From Nitrospirales bacterium (GTDB taxonomy: Bacteria > Nitrospirota > Nitrospiria > Nitrospirales > UBA8639), in the NCBI GenBank assembly GCA_965203295.1, contig CBDBCZ010000019.1:2656001-2720000 (forward strand): 64,000 nt of DNA, read 5' to 3'. Shown in pieces: positions 51,254-60,912 of this stretch (position 1 is the first letter of the stretch; each line of letters opens with the position of its first letter). The notes under the pieces are model-generated. The model worked only from the letters and a program-made list of their open reading frames with translations, had not been told where the DNA came from and did not search any database. A program made the translations under genes and the position numbers.

Positions 51254-52906
51254 ATGGGTAAAGAACAACATTACGGGGAAAACCCCATCGCACAGCGGAA
51301 AACGGACCTCTATAAACGGGAGTATGTTCATAGCTTTGTTCGAAAATGGGATGAATTAATCGATTGGGAGGCCAGGGCAACTAGCGAGGGAGACTTCTTT
51401 ATCAACCTACTCAAGGAACGAGGCGTGAGGCGGGTCTTGGACGTCGCCACGGGGACCGGCTTCCATTCCATTCGGCTTCTCAAGGCGGGTTTTGAGGTCA
51501 TTAGCGCCGACGGCAGCCCAGAAATGTTGGCCCAAGCTTTTGAAAATGGCCGGAATGCCGGGTTCATCATGCGTACCATCCAAGCCGATTGGCGATGGCT
51601 CAGCCGAGATATCCACAATAAGTTTGACGCTGTCATTTGCCTTGGAAACTCGCTGACTCATTTATTTTCTGAACAGGATCGACGGAAGGCGTTAGCTGAA
51701 TTCTATGCGGCTCTGACCCATGATGGAGTCCTGATTTTAGATCAGCGAAATTATGACGGGATCTTGGATCAGGGATTCTCCTCAAAGCATGTCTATTACT
51801 ACTGCGGGGATAATGTCAGTGCGGAACCTGAATATGTGGATGAGGGGTTAGCCAGATTCCGCTATCGGTTTCCCGATCATTCGGAATACCACTTGAATAT
51901 GTTCCCTCTTCGAAAGGAATACGTCCGAAGGCTCATGCATGAGGTAGGGTTTCAACAAATTAAAACTTATGCTGATTTTCAAGAGACACACCGAGTTGAA
52001 GATCCTGACTTTTTCGTTCATGTCGCTGAAAAACTGTATAAGGGGGAAGAACGATCAACCAAAAAGCCAATGAATATGCATTACTCCAAAGCGGTGGATA
52101 CGGCTCGCGATTATTACAACAGCTCGGATGCTGATCGTTTCTATGCCACTATTTGGGGAGGAGAAGATATTCACATTGGTTTGTATTCGAATGGAACTGA
52201 TTCGATTTTTGAGGCCAGTCGCAAGACCGTAGAAAAAATGGCTTCACTGATCCTTAATCTCAATTCCAAGACCCGTGTACTCGACATCGGGTCAGGATAT
52301 GGTGGCTCAGCTCGATACCTTGTAAGAAACTTCGGCTGTCAGGTGGGGTGTCTCAATTTAAGTGAGGTACAAAATCAGAGAAATCGTGAATTGAACAAAA
52401 CTCAGTCCTTAGCCCTTTCAATTAACGTCGTAGACGGCAGTTTTGAAGATATTTCACTCCCCGATGAGTCAGTGGATGTCGTATGGTCACAAGACGCTAT
52501 TTTGCATAGCGGCGACAGGAAGCGGGTTCTTGAAGAAGTCCATCGTGTCCTTGCCAAGGATGGACAATTCATATTTACGGACCCTATGCAAAGAGATTCC
52601 TGCCCCAAAGAAGCCTTACAGCCTATTCTTGATCGGATTCACCTCGACTCCCTTGGTTCCATTCAGCAGTACAAAGAAATTCTTTTAAGCCTTGGCTTTA
52701 AACAACTCCAAATCATCAATCTTTCCGAACAACTCAGCACACACTATGGCCAGGTACTCAGTACTGTCGAAGCCAACCACTTTAACCTCACACGCGTCTG
52801 TAGTGATGAGTACATTCAGAAGATGAAGGTAGGGCTCAAACACTGGGTCGATGGCGGAATAGCTGGAAATTTGACTTGGGGGATCCTCCACTTTCAAAAA
52901 ACCTGA
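51254..52906 (+). CDS. Fused glycine/sarcosine N-methyltransferase + sarcosine/dimethylglycine N-methyltransferase (glycine betaine synthesis)
   Basis: N-half WDELIDW, VLDVATGTGFHS, ICLGNS, DQRNYD. C-half YYNSSDAD, WGGEDIHIG, LDIGSGYGG, WSQDAILH. Confidence 0.9.
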   Translation: MGKEQHYGENPIAQRKTDLYKREYVHSFVRKWDELIDWEARATSEGDFFINLLKERGVRRVLDVATGTGFHSIRLLKAGFEVISADGSPEMLAQAFENGRNAGFIMRTIQADWRWLSRDIHNKFDAVICLGNSLTHLFSEQDRRKALAEFYAALTHDGVLILDQRNYDGILDQGFSSKHVYYYCGDNVSAEPEYVDEGLARFRYRFPDHSEYHLNMFPLRKEYVRRLMHEVGFQQIKTYADFQETHRVEDPDFFVHVAEKLYKGEERSTKKPMNMHYSKAVDTARDYYNSSDADRFYATIWGGEDIHIGLYSNGTDSIFEASRKTVEKMASLILNLNSKTRVLDIGSGYGGSARYLVRNFGCQVGCLNLSEVQNQRNRELNKTQSLALSINVVDGSFEDISLPDESVDVVWSQDAILHSGDRKRVLEEVHRVLAKDGQFIFTDPMQRDSCPKEALQPILDRIHLDSLGSIQQYKEILLSLGFKQLQIINLSEQLSTHYGQVLSTVEANHFNLTRVCSDEYIQKMKVGLKHWVDGGIAGNLTWGILHFQKT

Positions 52907-52936
52907 GCGAACGTGCCTCAGGGAAACCCAGAGTAC

Positions 52937-54322
52937 TTAGCGCTCTATCCGTGGAGGTTTGGCAGGCCGAGCAAAGTCTCCAGAAGGCCCAAATCGACCT
53001 TCCTCTCCTAAGACTTTGTCAGGATCGGTATAAGTCAACTCTTGTAAATCTTCACCCTCTTGGTCAGTTGGAGGAACCCATCCGAGCTTCTCCAACGTCT
53101 CCAACGCAGTTTTCTTCAGAGCACTCGCTGCACTCAGTCGAGTGGAAGCGAACGCTAAAACGCGCTCACTTTCTTTATCCACTTTCGAGACATCTGGATC
53201 GTGCAAAAAAGTTACTAAAGGCTCTATGGCTGTATCCCCGATAAGAACTAAGGAGGAAGCGGTATAGTCTCGCAAGACAATATCCTTGAGAAGAAAAATC
53301 AAATCAGGGATGACCTTGGGATCACGGAAGTGGCCTAACGCGGTGGCTGCGGCCTCCTTGATCAATTGTTCTTCACTGATAATACATCCCGGTGTCGGCG
53401 TCCCCTTCTGCTGAATCCCCTTTCCCTTTAGCGCATCCAAAACTGAGGGCAAGGCCCGTGCATCACCGATCATCCCAAGAGAGGCAATGGCATGGCGTTT
53501 CACCGCACCATCCTTCATGGCTTCTATCAATCCATCGACAGCCTTGGGATCGCCAATGATGCCAAGAGCAATGGTGGCATCTTCACGCACAGCACGATCT
53601 TCATCCTTCAAAGACTGAATCAAGGCGTCAACAACCTGTTCGTCACGGACCCATGCCCGACCGATTTGATAGTCAGTCGTCATACCACCTAATGCTCGGA
53701 CTCCATGACAACGTACGACAAAGTGAGGGTCTTTCAAGGTTTCCAATAAGGCTGAAACTGAGGGTTCCCCAATATAGACCAGCGCCGTTCCCGCAGTCTC
53801 TCGAACAATCTTTGAATTGTCCTTAAAGAGCTTAATCAAGGCGGGTATCGCTTTCGGATCTCCAATTCTCCCTAGAGCTTCCGCAGCAGCGCTTTTTACT
53901 GCACCATCTCGGTCCCGGCACACCAGAATAAGGCCACCCACTGCCTGGGGATCCTTGATATGGCCAAGAGCTTTGGCTGATTGCTCTCGAACCCGCCAAC
54001 GCACATCCTTGAGACAGGTGACGAGCCGGGGAACCGCTTCTTTCTGAGTAGCCGCCATGGCCATAACCGCTTCATGTTGGACTTCCATCATGGAATCATT
54101 GAATAACGTGATGAGCCCTTCCACAGCCTTGGGACCTCCAATATTGCCCAAGGCTCGTGCAATTTGCGCTCGCACAGCCCAATACTCATCTTCCAGGACA
54201 TCGAGAAGCCGATCTAAAGTGTTTGGATCGCTCAATTCCGCGAGCGCCTTAGCCGACTCCTCGCGAGTTGCATCATCAACATCCTCAAGGGCTTCTAACC
54301 AATCTTGAACTGTCTGGGACAT
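52937..54322 (-). CDS. HEAT/PBS-lyase repeat protein
   Basis: About 11 HEAT repeats (e.g. DRDGAVKSAAAEALGRIGD) and an acidic C-terminal tail. Confidence 0.9.
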   Translation of the reverse strand: MSQTVQDWLEALEDVDDATREESAKALAELSDPNTLDRLLDVLEDEYWAVRAQIARALGNIGGPKAVEGLITLFNDSMMEVQHEAVMAMAATQKEAVPRLVTCLKDVRWRVREQSAKALGHIKDPQAVGGLILVCRDRDGAVKSAAAEALGRIGDPKAIPALIKLFKDNSKIVRETAGTALVYIGEPSVSALLETLKDPHFVVRCHGVRALGGMTTDYQIGRAWVRDEQVVDALIQSLKDEDRAVREDATIALGIIGDPKAVDGLIEAMKDGAVKRHAIASLGMIGDARALPSVLDALKGKGIQQKGTPTPGCIISEEQLIKEAAATALGHFRDPKVIPDLIFLLKDIVLRDYTASSLVLIGDTAIEPLVTFLHDPDVSKVDKESERVLAFASTRLSAASALKKTALETLEKLGWVPPTDQEGEDLQELTYTDPDKVLGEEGRFGPSGDFARPAKPPRIER

Positions 54323-54347
54323 CCTTCAATCACCTCAAGGGAACGGA

Positions 54348-54821
54348 TTACTCGTAAGAATATTCCCGTTCTTGTTTATAGGGTTGAGTATGGCTGCACC
54401 GAATTTTCAGCTTATCAGTTCCCCGTCCATTCACACATTGGGACAATTTCGGTGAGAGATCCAAGACACCATCTAAGGTTACCCGAAAGGCAAAATCAAA
54501 CGTAAAAGTCCCGAATCGATATTCTCCAGGTTTGAGCTTCACCTCACGCATCTCAGTGGTGCGATAGGCCTCAGTACTCACAGGATCCATTGTCCAGATT
54601 AACGGCGTCACTCCAGGCACATGCCACCAGGTCGGTGGATTCAAATCCGTGGGGTCAACGGTGATCGTAAATTCGCGGTCTAACGGATTGACAGGTTCAG
54701 CTGCGAGAAGAAGGGATGAAAGAATCAGGAACAACCCCAAGCCTCCCCCAAGAACCACCAGTGGGAACAGAAAAAACGGACTGCCCTTTGTCCAAATTCT
54801 TGACACCACGTTAACTTTCAT
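54348..54821 (-). CDS. Hypothetical exported/membrane-anchored beta-rich protein
   Basis: Hydrophobic N-terminus, two C-terminal Cys; overlaps the upstream gene. Confidence 0.7.
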   Translation of the reverse strand: MKVNVVSRIWTKGSPFFLFPLVVLGGGLGLFLILSSLLLAAEPVNPLDREFTITVDPTDLNPPTWWHVPGVTPLIWTMDPVSTEAYRTTEMREVKLKPGEYRFGTFTFDFAFRVTLDGVLDLSPKLSQCVNGRGTDKLKIRCSHTQPYKQEREYSYE

Positions 54822-55824
54822 TTCCGGTCGTTCGCCGTTCTGGAATCATTTGAAAAATTTCGTTGATGGCTCGACTTTCCCATTCTGTGTGAGTTTCCAA
54901 GCCCAACGCTTCCATCACTGTTGCCCCAGTGTCTATGATGGAGACCTTTCTTTTTATTGCATAACCTGGTTTCACATTGGCACCCCAGGCTAACCAGGGG
55001 ACGCCCATTCCGTTTGTTTCCTTTTTCGTACTGGACCCGTTTTTTTGTGGTGCTCCCTGTTTTCCATCATTTAATCCCGTCACCACAATCATCGTACGGT
55101 CCAATACACCAAATTCCTGATAAAGCTTCACAATATCTCCAACCGCAGTGTCAACGGCAAGAAGAGCCTTCTTGTACGCCGAAGAGTCCCAACCTCGCTT
55201 TTGACCAGCATCAGCTGGGGCAGGGAGGTGTACCAACAGAAGCCCGGGAACAGCGAATAACCTGAACCCATGCCCCCCCTCACTTGTCACCTTTTTCAAA
55301 TAATCTTTGATGTAGACCACCACTGTTTCCGGCGAACATTCTGGCTTCGCTTTTCCACACATTTGGGAGTCGACGTAAATTTCCGACCGGGAGAGCTGAT
55401 AAAACCGTTCATCCATTAAGAACAAAGCTGTATCTCTCCCCCCAGCAAGGTCAAGATAATCAAACATGGTCGGCACACGCATAAAGGACCGCGAAAAATC
55501 ATAATGTTCCCATTCCGCGTCGATGCGATGTTTGCTCACCGGAAGCCCAGTCAAGAGGGATGCCATAGCTGAAACGCTGTATGAAGGCCGAACCGTCTCG
55601 GCAGACCAGGTCACGGCTCCTTCTGTGGCCAGTTGATGAAGGACGGGCATGGTCCCAGACTGAATCGCTTGGTTTTCCACACCTTCCACAGTAATCAGAA
55701 TAACATGGTCGGCTTGGGTCGCACCGCTCGCAGGAGCAGGATTAATCGTGAAAACCGCGAGTAAGGCAGCCAAACCACAAAAATAGAAAAAGATATCCAG
55801 TCGGTATCGTGATAATTTCATCAT
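54811..55824 (-). CDS. Exported alkaline phosphatase/NPP-superfamily protein (metal ligands degenerate)
   Basis: Signal peptide, HVILITVEG, ASLLTGL, VDTAVG, VPWLAWG, IIDTGAT. Confidence 0.75.
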   Translation of the reverse strand: MMKLSRYRLDIFFYFCGLAALLAVFTINPAPASGATQADHVILITVEGVENQAIQSGTMPVLHQLATEGAVTWSAETVRPSYSVSAMASLLTGLPVSKHRIDAEWEHYDFSRSFMRVPTMFDYLDLAGGRDTALFLMDERFYQLSRSEIYVDSQMCGKAKPECSPETVVVYIKDYLKKVTSEGGHGFRLFAVPGLLLVHLPAPADAGQKRGWDSSAYKKALLAVDTAVGDIVKLYQEFGVLDRTMIVVTGLNDGKQGAPQKNGSSTKKETNGMGVPWLAWGANVKPGYAIKRKVSIIDTGATVMEALGLETHTEWESRAINEIFQMIPERRTTGNES

Positions 55825-56103
55825 TTCATGTTTCTCTGTTCCTGGGGATTTACAGTGAGGTTGAGCGAATTACACTCTAAATTAGGGATAAGATTGCCAT
55901 TTGCTTGTTCAACTTACCATGCTGATTTTCATACGGTCAACCATCTCGAGTGAGTTGGATTAGAGGGGGGACATTCCCCAGTCCATGCCTAAACAGATGT
56001 CGTGTTTGATTCCTCCTATTGCACAACGGACCTTGTTCGAGGTAAGAGACATCCGCCTTCAAATTGAGAAGGTCATTGGACCCATTCTCAGCAAAGAGTG
56101 CTT

Positions 56104-57387
56104 ATGCCTCAGGAAAACAACTTTATCCATTCCAAATATTCCCGAGCCGATCCGGGATCCCGTGTCACCTATCTGACTTTGAATGCGGGACCTCCCGTGA
56201 ACTCACCCGAATGGAAAGAGAGCATGGCCCAAGCTGGAGAAATCCTGCATAAAGCTGGAGTGGCAGCCGTTCTGTTCGTGTATGGTTCGCACCTGGGGTC
56301 TGATCTGTATGGATCAGCCCGCTTGGATGAAGCTGGAGGCCTTAAGCGCGGATATTCACGTGGGATTCCCGGTCTCGAGTCCTTACTGTCGCTTCTCAAT
56401 CCAGAAGCGCATTATCCCGAAATGACAGATGAACGGCTTTGCCCTCCCTTCCAAGACCAAGACGATACCAAGACCAGTCTTGATGCCCTTGTTGGTGATA
56501 CAGCCAATATTTCAGCTGAGTATCTCATGAATTTTACCGAAGGGGTAAACCAAGCCTTGCCTCGTCCAATTCCCTGCCAACGCTATCTCTGGTCCTCTCT
56601 TCACCACCACCTGGGACGAACGGAAGGGGCATTGGCGCTCTTCGATTATCTTCAATCAATGGCAACAAACCTTTCTCTAGATTCAGGGCGGAAAATCCTC
56701 ATTTTGGCCTATGGGCATGCTGGGTTGGTTCTGGCTCTGCTATCAAATTTCCTTGCCTCAGAAGAAGCCTCGGTTCGACAAACGATTTTTGAAATTCTTG
56801 AGACGTATTATAAGGATCACCACCCTTCATCACCGGCGCTCTCTTCTCTTAACCAGTTACGGGATGTGTTAAAGAAGCAGGGGCCGAAGAACTACCCCAC
56901 TCTAGACGTAGTGACATTTGGCACACCAATTCGGTATGGCTGGGATACTGATGGAATCACGAACCTTCTTCATTGGGCGAACCACCGGCCTATACGGCAA
57001 GATAAAAAGGATTGGCTAGCCAAAATGGAATTTCCCCAGGTTGCCTGGGAACTTTCTACGGCTGTCGGTGGAGACTATGTTCAGCAACTCGCCGTGGCTG
57101 GCACCGATGCCGTTCCCTCCTCACCCCATGAACAGGAAATCAATCAAACCCTGCATGAACTCTTGGAACCCTTTGATGGTTTTGAACGATGGCTGGAATG
57201 TGCCCGAAGAGCCACTCGATGCCACAATGACGGACAGTGTCTTCTGGTAGATTTTCAAGATGCCTCACAAGATCCCCCCAACCGTCATCTCTATGGACAT
57301 GCCTGTTACACCCGCCAATCCGGAATGCTTTTTCAAATACAGGAAATCATCAAACACCTGTACAGTACTTCGCCACGAGAGGGATAA
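56104..57387 (+). CDS. Hypothetical protein, alpha/beta-hydrolase-like
   Basis: ILAYGHAG and VVTFGTP resemble the lipase-type elbow and following strand; late GH motif. Confidence 0.6.
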   Translation: MPQENNFIHSKYSRADPGSRVTYLTLNAGPPVNSPEWKESMAQAGEILHKAGVAAVLFVYGSHLGSDLYGSARLDEAGGLKRGYSRGIPGLESLLSLLNPEAHYPEMTDERLCPPFQDQDDTKTSLDALVGDTANISAEYLMNFTEGVNQALPRPIPCQRYLWSSLHHHLGRTEGALALFDYLQSMATNLSLDSGRKILILAYGHAGLVLALLSNFLASEEASVRQTIFEILETYYKDHHPSSPALSSLNQLRDVLKKQGPKNYPTLDVVTFGTPIRYGWDTDGITNLLHWANHRPIRQDKKDWLAKMEFPQVAWELSTAVGGDYVQQLAVAGTDAVPSSPHEQEINQTLHELLEPFDGFERWLECARRATRCHNDGQCLLVDFQDASQDPPNRHLYGHACYTRQSGMLFQIQEIIKHLYSTSPREG

Positions 57388-57530
57388 CCCTCTGCCTTGA
57401 TTGGTCATCCCTCCCAAGATATTGATTTTCATGAAAAAGTTATGGTATTTCTTATGAGTTTGCCGGGAGAGTCAGAACAGCATTACCCCGTAGTCCGTTA
57501 TTTGCAGAAACGAGAGGCCTCTTTCAATCT

Positions 57531-58709
57531 ATGATAGTCGGTGTTCCTACAGAAACGTATCCTGCAGATAAACGCGTTTCCCTAATCCCAGCGGTCGTTC
57601 CTTCTCTCACCAAAGCTGGCCTGGAAGTCCTTGTTGAAAGCGGGGCCGGGAACGAAGCTGGATATCCAGATTCCGCTTTCGTAGACAAAGGGGCCACGAT
57701 CGCGCCTTCCAGATCAAAACTCTTTGAATCTTCTGACATCATCGTTCAAGTCAGGTTCTTGGGCGCCAATCCCGAACAGGGAAAAACAGATCTTCCTCTA
57801 TGCAAACCGGGACAGGTGCTGATCGGGATAGCAGAAGCATTGACGACGCCTGAGTCCATCAAAGAGCTGAATAGCCGGCAAGTCACTTCCTTTGCCATGG
57901 AATTGATGCCCCGTATCACTCGCGCTCAAAGTATGGATGTTCTTTCTTCGATGGGGACCATCGCAGGGTATAAAGCGGTTCTTTTGGCCGCAGAGTCCCT
58001 GCCGAAAATGTTTCCGATGCTCATGACCGCGGCAGGGACAGTCACACCCGCAAAAGTGTTTGTAATTGGAGCGGGGGTAGCTGGATTGCAGGCCATTTCC
58101 ATGGCTCGCCGACTTGGAGCAAGCGTTGAAGCCTATGATTTACGGCCCGCTGTCAAAGAACAAATCCTCAGTCTAGGCGCGAAGTTTGTGGAACTCCCGA
58201 TTGAGACCACCGAGGCTGAAGATAAGGGAGGCTATGCTAAAGCTCAAGATGAAACGTTTTATCAGAAGCAGGGTGAAATGATGGCGAAAGTCGTTGCATC
58301 GAGTGATGTCGTCATATCCACGGCTGCCATTCCTGGGAAGAAAGCTCCTATCTTGGTGACCGGTGACATGGTGGAAAAAATGGCACCGGGGTCGGTCATC
58401 ATCGACCTTGCGGCTGAACGGGGCGGAAATTGTGAACTCACCAAAGTGAACCAGACGATCGTGGCTCATGGAGTCACCATCAAGGGTCCAGAAAACTTGG
58501 CGGCGACGGTCCCCTATCACGCAAGCCAGATGTACGCAAAAAATATTGCCACATTCCTGACACACCTCGTGAAAAAAGGTGAAATGAAACTTGATATGAC
58601 AGAGGAGATCACCCGCGAAACAATGTTGACGCGCGAGGGGAAAATCATGAATCCCCGGATACGGGAACTGTTAAGTATGCCTCCCTTACCATCGACTCAG
58701 GAGGGTTAA
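57531..58709 (+). CDS. pntA: NAD(P) transhydrogenase subunit alpha, part 1
   Basis: PRITRAQSMDVLSS, GAGVAGLQA, GGYAK, DLAAERGGNC. Confidence 0.96.
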   Translation: MIVGVPTETYPADKRVSLIPAVVPSLTKAGLEVLVESGAGNEAGYPDSAFVDKGATIAPSRSKLFESSDIIVQVRFLGANPEQGKTDLPLCKPGQVLIGIAEALTTPESIKELNSRQVTSFAMELMPRITRAQSMDVLSSMGTIAGYKAVLLAAESLPKMFPMLMTAAGTVTPAKVFVIGAGVAGLQAISMARRLGASVEAYDLRPAVKEQILSLGAKFVELPIETTEAEDKGGYAKAQDETFYQKQGEMMAKVVASSDVVISTAAIPGKKAPILVTGDMVEKMAPGSVIIDLAAERGGNCELTKVNQTIVAHGVTIKGPENLAATVPYHASQMYAKNIATFLTHLVKKGEMKLDMTEEITRETMLTREGKIMNPRIRELLSMPPLPSTQEG

Positions 58710-58714
58710 GGAAA

Positions 58715-58996
58715 ATGGAATTACTCGTCTCGGGCATCACGATTTTCGCACTAGCCATTTTTGTGGGATTTGAAATCATCACCAAAATTCCCCCCACGCT
58801 CCATACTCCCCTCATGTCGGGATCCAATGCCATTTCGGGAATTACCTTGGTCGGGGCAGTCCTCTCAGCCGGGGCGCAGCAAACCATGATCACGACCATT
58901 CTGGGTTTGTTAGCCGTGGTGTTTGCCACGATTAATGTTGTGGGGGGATTTATGGTCACCAATAGAATGTTAGAGATGTTTAAGAAAAAGACCTAA
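58715..58996 (+). CDS. pntA: NAD(P) transhydrogenase subunit alpha, part 2
   Basis: LHTPLMSGSNAISG, GGFMVTNRMLEMF. Confidence 0.96.
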   Translation: MELLVSGITIFALAIFVGFEIITKIPPTLHTPLMSGSNAISGITLVGAVLSAGAQQTMITTILGLLAVVFATINVVGGFMVTNRMLEMFKKKT

Positions 58997-58999
58997 CTC

Positions 59000-60388
59000 A
59001 TGGGTAACTTTGTCATAAATTTTGGATATCTCATTGCCTCAGTCCTGTTTATTTTAGGACTGAAGGGCCTCACACATCCTCGTACTGCCGTTCGGGGTAA
59101 CCTCCTCGGCGCTTGTGGCATGCTCCTGGCCGTCGTCATTACTCTCGCTAACCAGAATATCGTGAGTTATGAGGTCATTATCGCAGGGATCATCCTAGGC
59201 GGAGCCATTGGTGCCACACTGGCTATCAGAATTAAAATGACTTCCATGCCGGAGCTGGTGGCACTCTTTAATGGGTTTGGGGGAATCGCTTCGGTATTGG
59301 TTGCTGGTGCGGCTCTGATGGAAGTCACGTTGGTCTCCGATACTCCTCTTCTGCAAGTCACCATTGCCATCGCCGCTTCGGCAATGATTGGAGCGGTCAC
59401 ATTTTGGGGAAGTTTAGTGGCATTTGGAAAACTGCAAGGCCTGATCAATGAAAATGCACTTCTATTTTCAGGGCAACAGATTATCAATAGTTTCCTGGCT
59501 CTTGTGGCTCTCGGCTTGGGTGTTGGAGTGGTGATGGATCCCTCCAACTATTTACTCTACTGGGCCTTGGTAGGTGTTGCCTCGATTCTTGGAGCCCTGT
59601 TGGTGATTCCGATTGGAGGGGCAGACATGCCTGTCGTTGTGGCCCTGTTGAACTCCTATTCTGGATTAGCCGCGGCAGCGACAGGATTTGTTCTCACCAA
59701 TAATGTATTGATCATCACCGGATCCCTGGTAGGTGCCTCGGGGATTATCCTTACACGGATTATGTGTAAGGCCATGAACCGTTCATTGACGAATGTCTTA
59801 TTTGGCGTTCTTGCACCGACCGGAGGAAGTGCGACTGATGACGAGGTCTATACGGGTCGGGTCAAATCAGCGAGTCCTGAGGAGGTGGCGTTACTGTTTG
59901 ACGCAGTAAGACGCGTCGCCATTGTCCCAGGTTATGGAATGGCAGTCTCCCAAGCCCAACATCCTGTCGCCAGTCTAGCTGCCCTTTTACAAGAACGAGG
60001 AATCGAAGTGGAATACGCTGTTCATCCTGTGGCAGGTCGTATGCCTGGTCATATGAACGTTCTTCTCGCCGAAGCGGATGTCCCCTATGAATCCCTCAAG
60101 TCCATGGAAGATATTAATCCCTCTATCGACCAAGTCGACGTTGCCCTGGTGATCGGAGCCAATGACGTCGTCAACCCCCTGGCCAGGACCGATCCTTCCA
60201 GCCCCATTGCTGGGATGCCGATCATTGATGTCGATAAAGCCAAGACCGTCGTGATTATCAAAAGAAGTCTCAGTCCTGGTTTCGCTGGTATTCCTAACCC
60301 CTTATTTGCCCTAGACAACGCTCTGATGCTTTTTGGAGATGGGAAGAAAATGGTTTTGGATATAACCAGCGCCCTGAAAGATTCCTAA
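59000..60388 (+). CDS. pntB: NAD(P) transhydrogenase subunit beta
   Basis: IGGADMPVV, PGYGMAV, HPVAGRMPGHMNVLLAE. Confidence 0.97.
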   Translation: MGNFVINFGYLIASVLFILGLKGLTHPRTAVRGNLLGACGMLLAVVITLANQNIVSYEVIIAGIILGGAIGATLAIRIKMTSMPELVALFNGFGGIASVLVAGAALMEVTLVSDTPLLQVTIAIAASAMIGAVTFWGSLVAFGKLQGLINENALLFSGQQIINSFLALVALGLGVGVVMDPSNYLLYWALVGVASILGALLVIPIGGADMPVVVALLNSYSGLAAAATGFVLTNNVLIITGSLVGASGIILTRIMCKAMNRSLTNVLFGVLAPTGGSATDDEVYTGRVKSASPEEVALLFDAVRRVAIVPGYGMAVSQAQHPVASLAALLQERGIEVEYAVHPVAGRMPGHMNVLLAEADVPYESLKSMEDINPSIDQVDVALVIGANDVVNPLARTDPSSPIAGMPIIDVDKAKTVVIIKRSLSPGFAGIPNPLFALDNALMLFGDGKKMVLDITSALKDS

Positions 60389-60669
60389 TTCGCTTCATCT
60401 TGATCGTTTTTCTCGCTTCGATTATCACGCAACCCTGTCACCCAGTAAGTGCTTCAAAACCCTCCCATCATTCTTCATTAGAAGCCGTACGACTTACGAG
60501 AAGATCCTTACGAAAATATATTCATAAATTATTGATAAATAAGAGAAATTTAACCTCTTATGCGCAAATTCATGCCTTGTGAAAGGAGAAGGCTTATGAT
60601 ATAGTAAAAGACTGTCATTTGATTCGTCTTATTCAATAAGATAGTCGAAAGAGGGAATTTTAAAATTTT

Positions 60670-60861
60670 ATGGAAATAAAGGTCGTCAATAATAATGTCG
60701 AAAAGGCATTACGAATTGCGAAGAAAAAGCTTGCAGCAGATGGGTTATTTCGTGAATTAAAAGCTCGCCGATTTTACCAAAAACCGAGTGTAAAAAAGAA
60801 AGCCAAAGAGCGAGAAGCCGCAAGACGACGGCAAAAATGGCTTACCAAACGTACCTACTAA
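60670..60861 (+). CDS. rpsU: 30S ribosomal protein S21
   Basis: EKALR...RRFYQKPS...KK; basic 63-aa protein. Confidence 0.93.
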   Translation: MEIKVVNNNVEKALRIAKKKLAADGLFRELKARRFYQKPSVKKKAKEREAARRRQKWLTKRTY

Positions 60862-60912
60862 CGCTTCATCTCACCCTTCTCAGTAACACAGAACTAAAAA
60901 TGTGAATTCGGA

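Noticed and set aside
57531..58996. Split pntA considered as a pseudogene
   Set aside because: The three-gene pntAA/pntAB/pntB architecture is a normal variant, and part 2 has its own ribosome-binding site.
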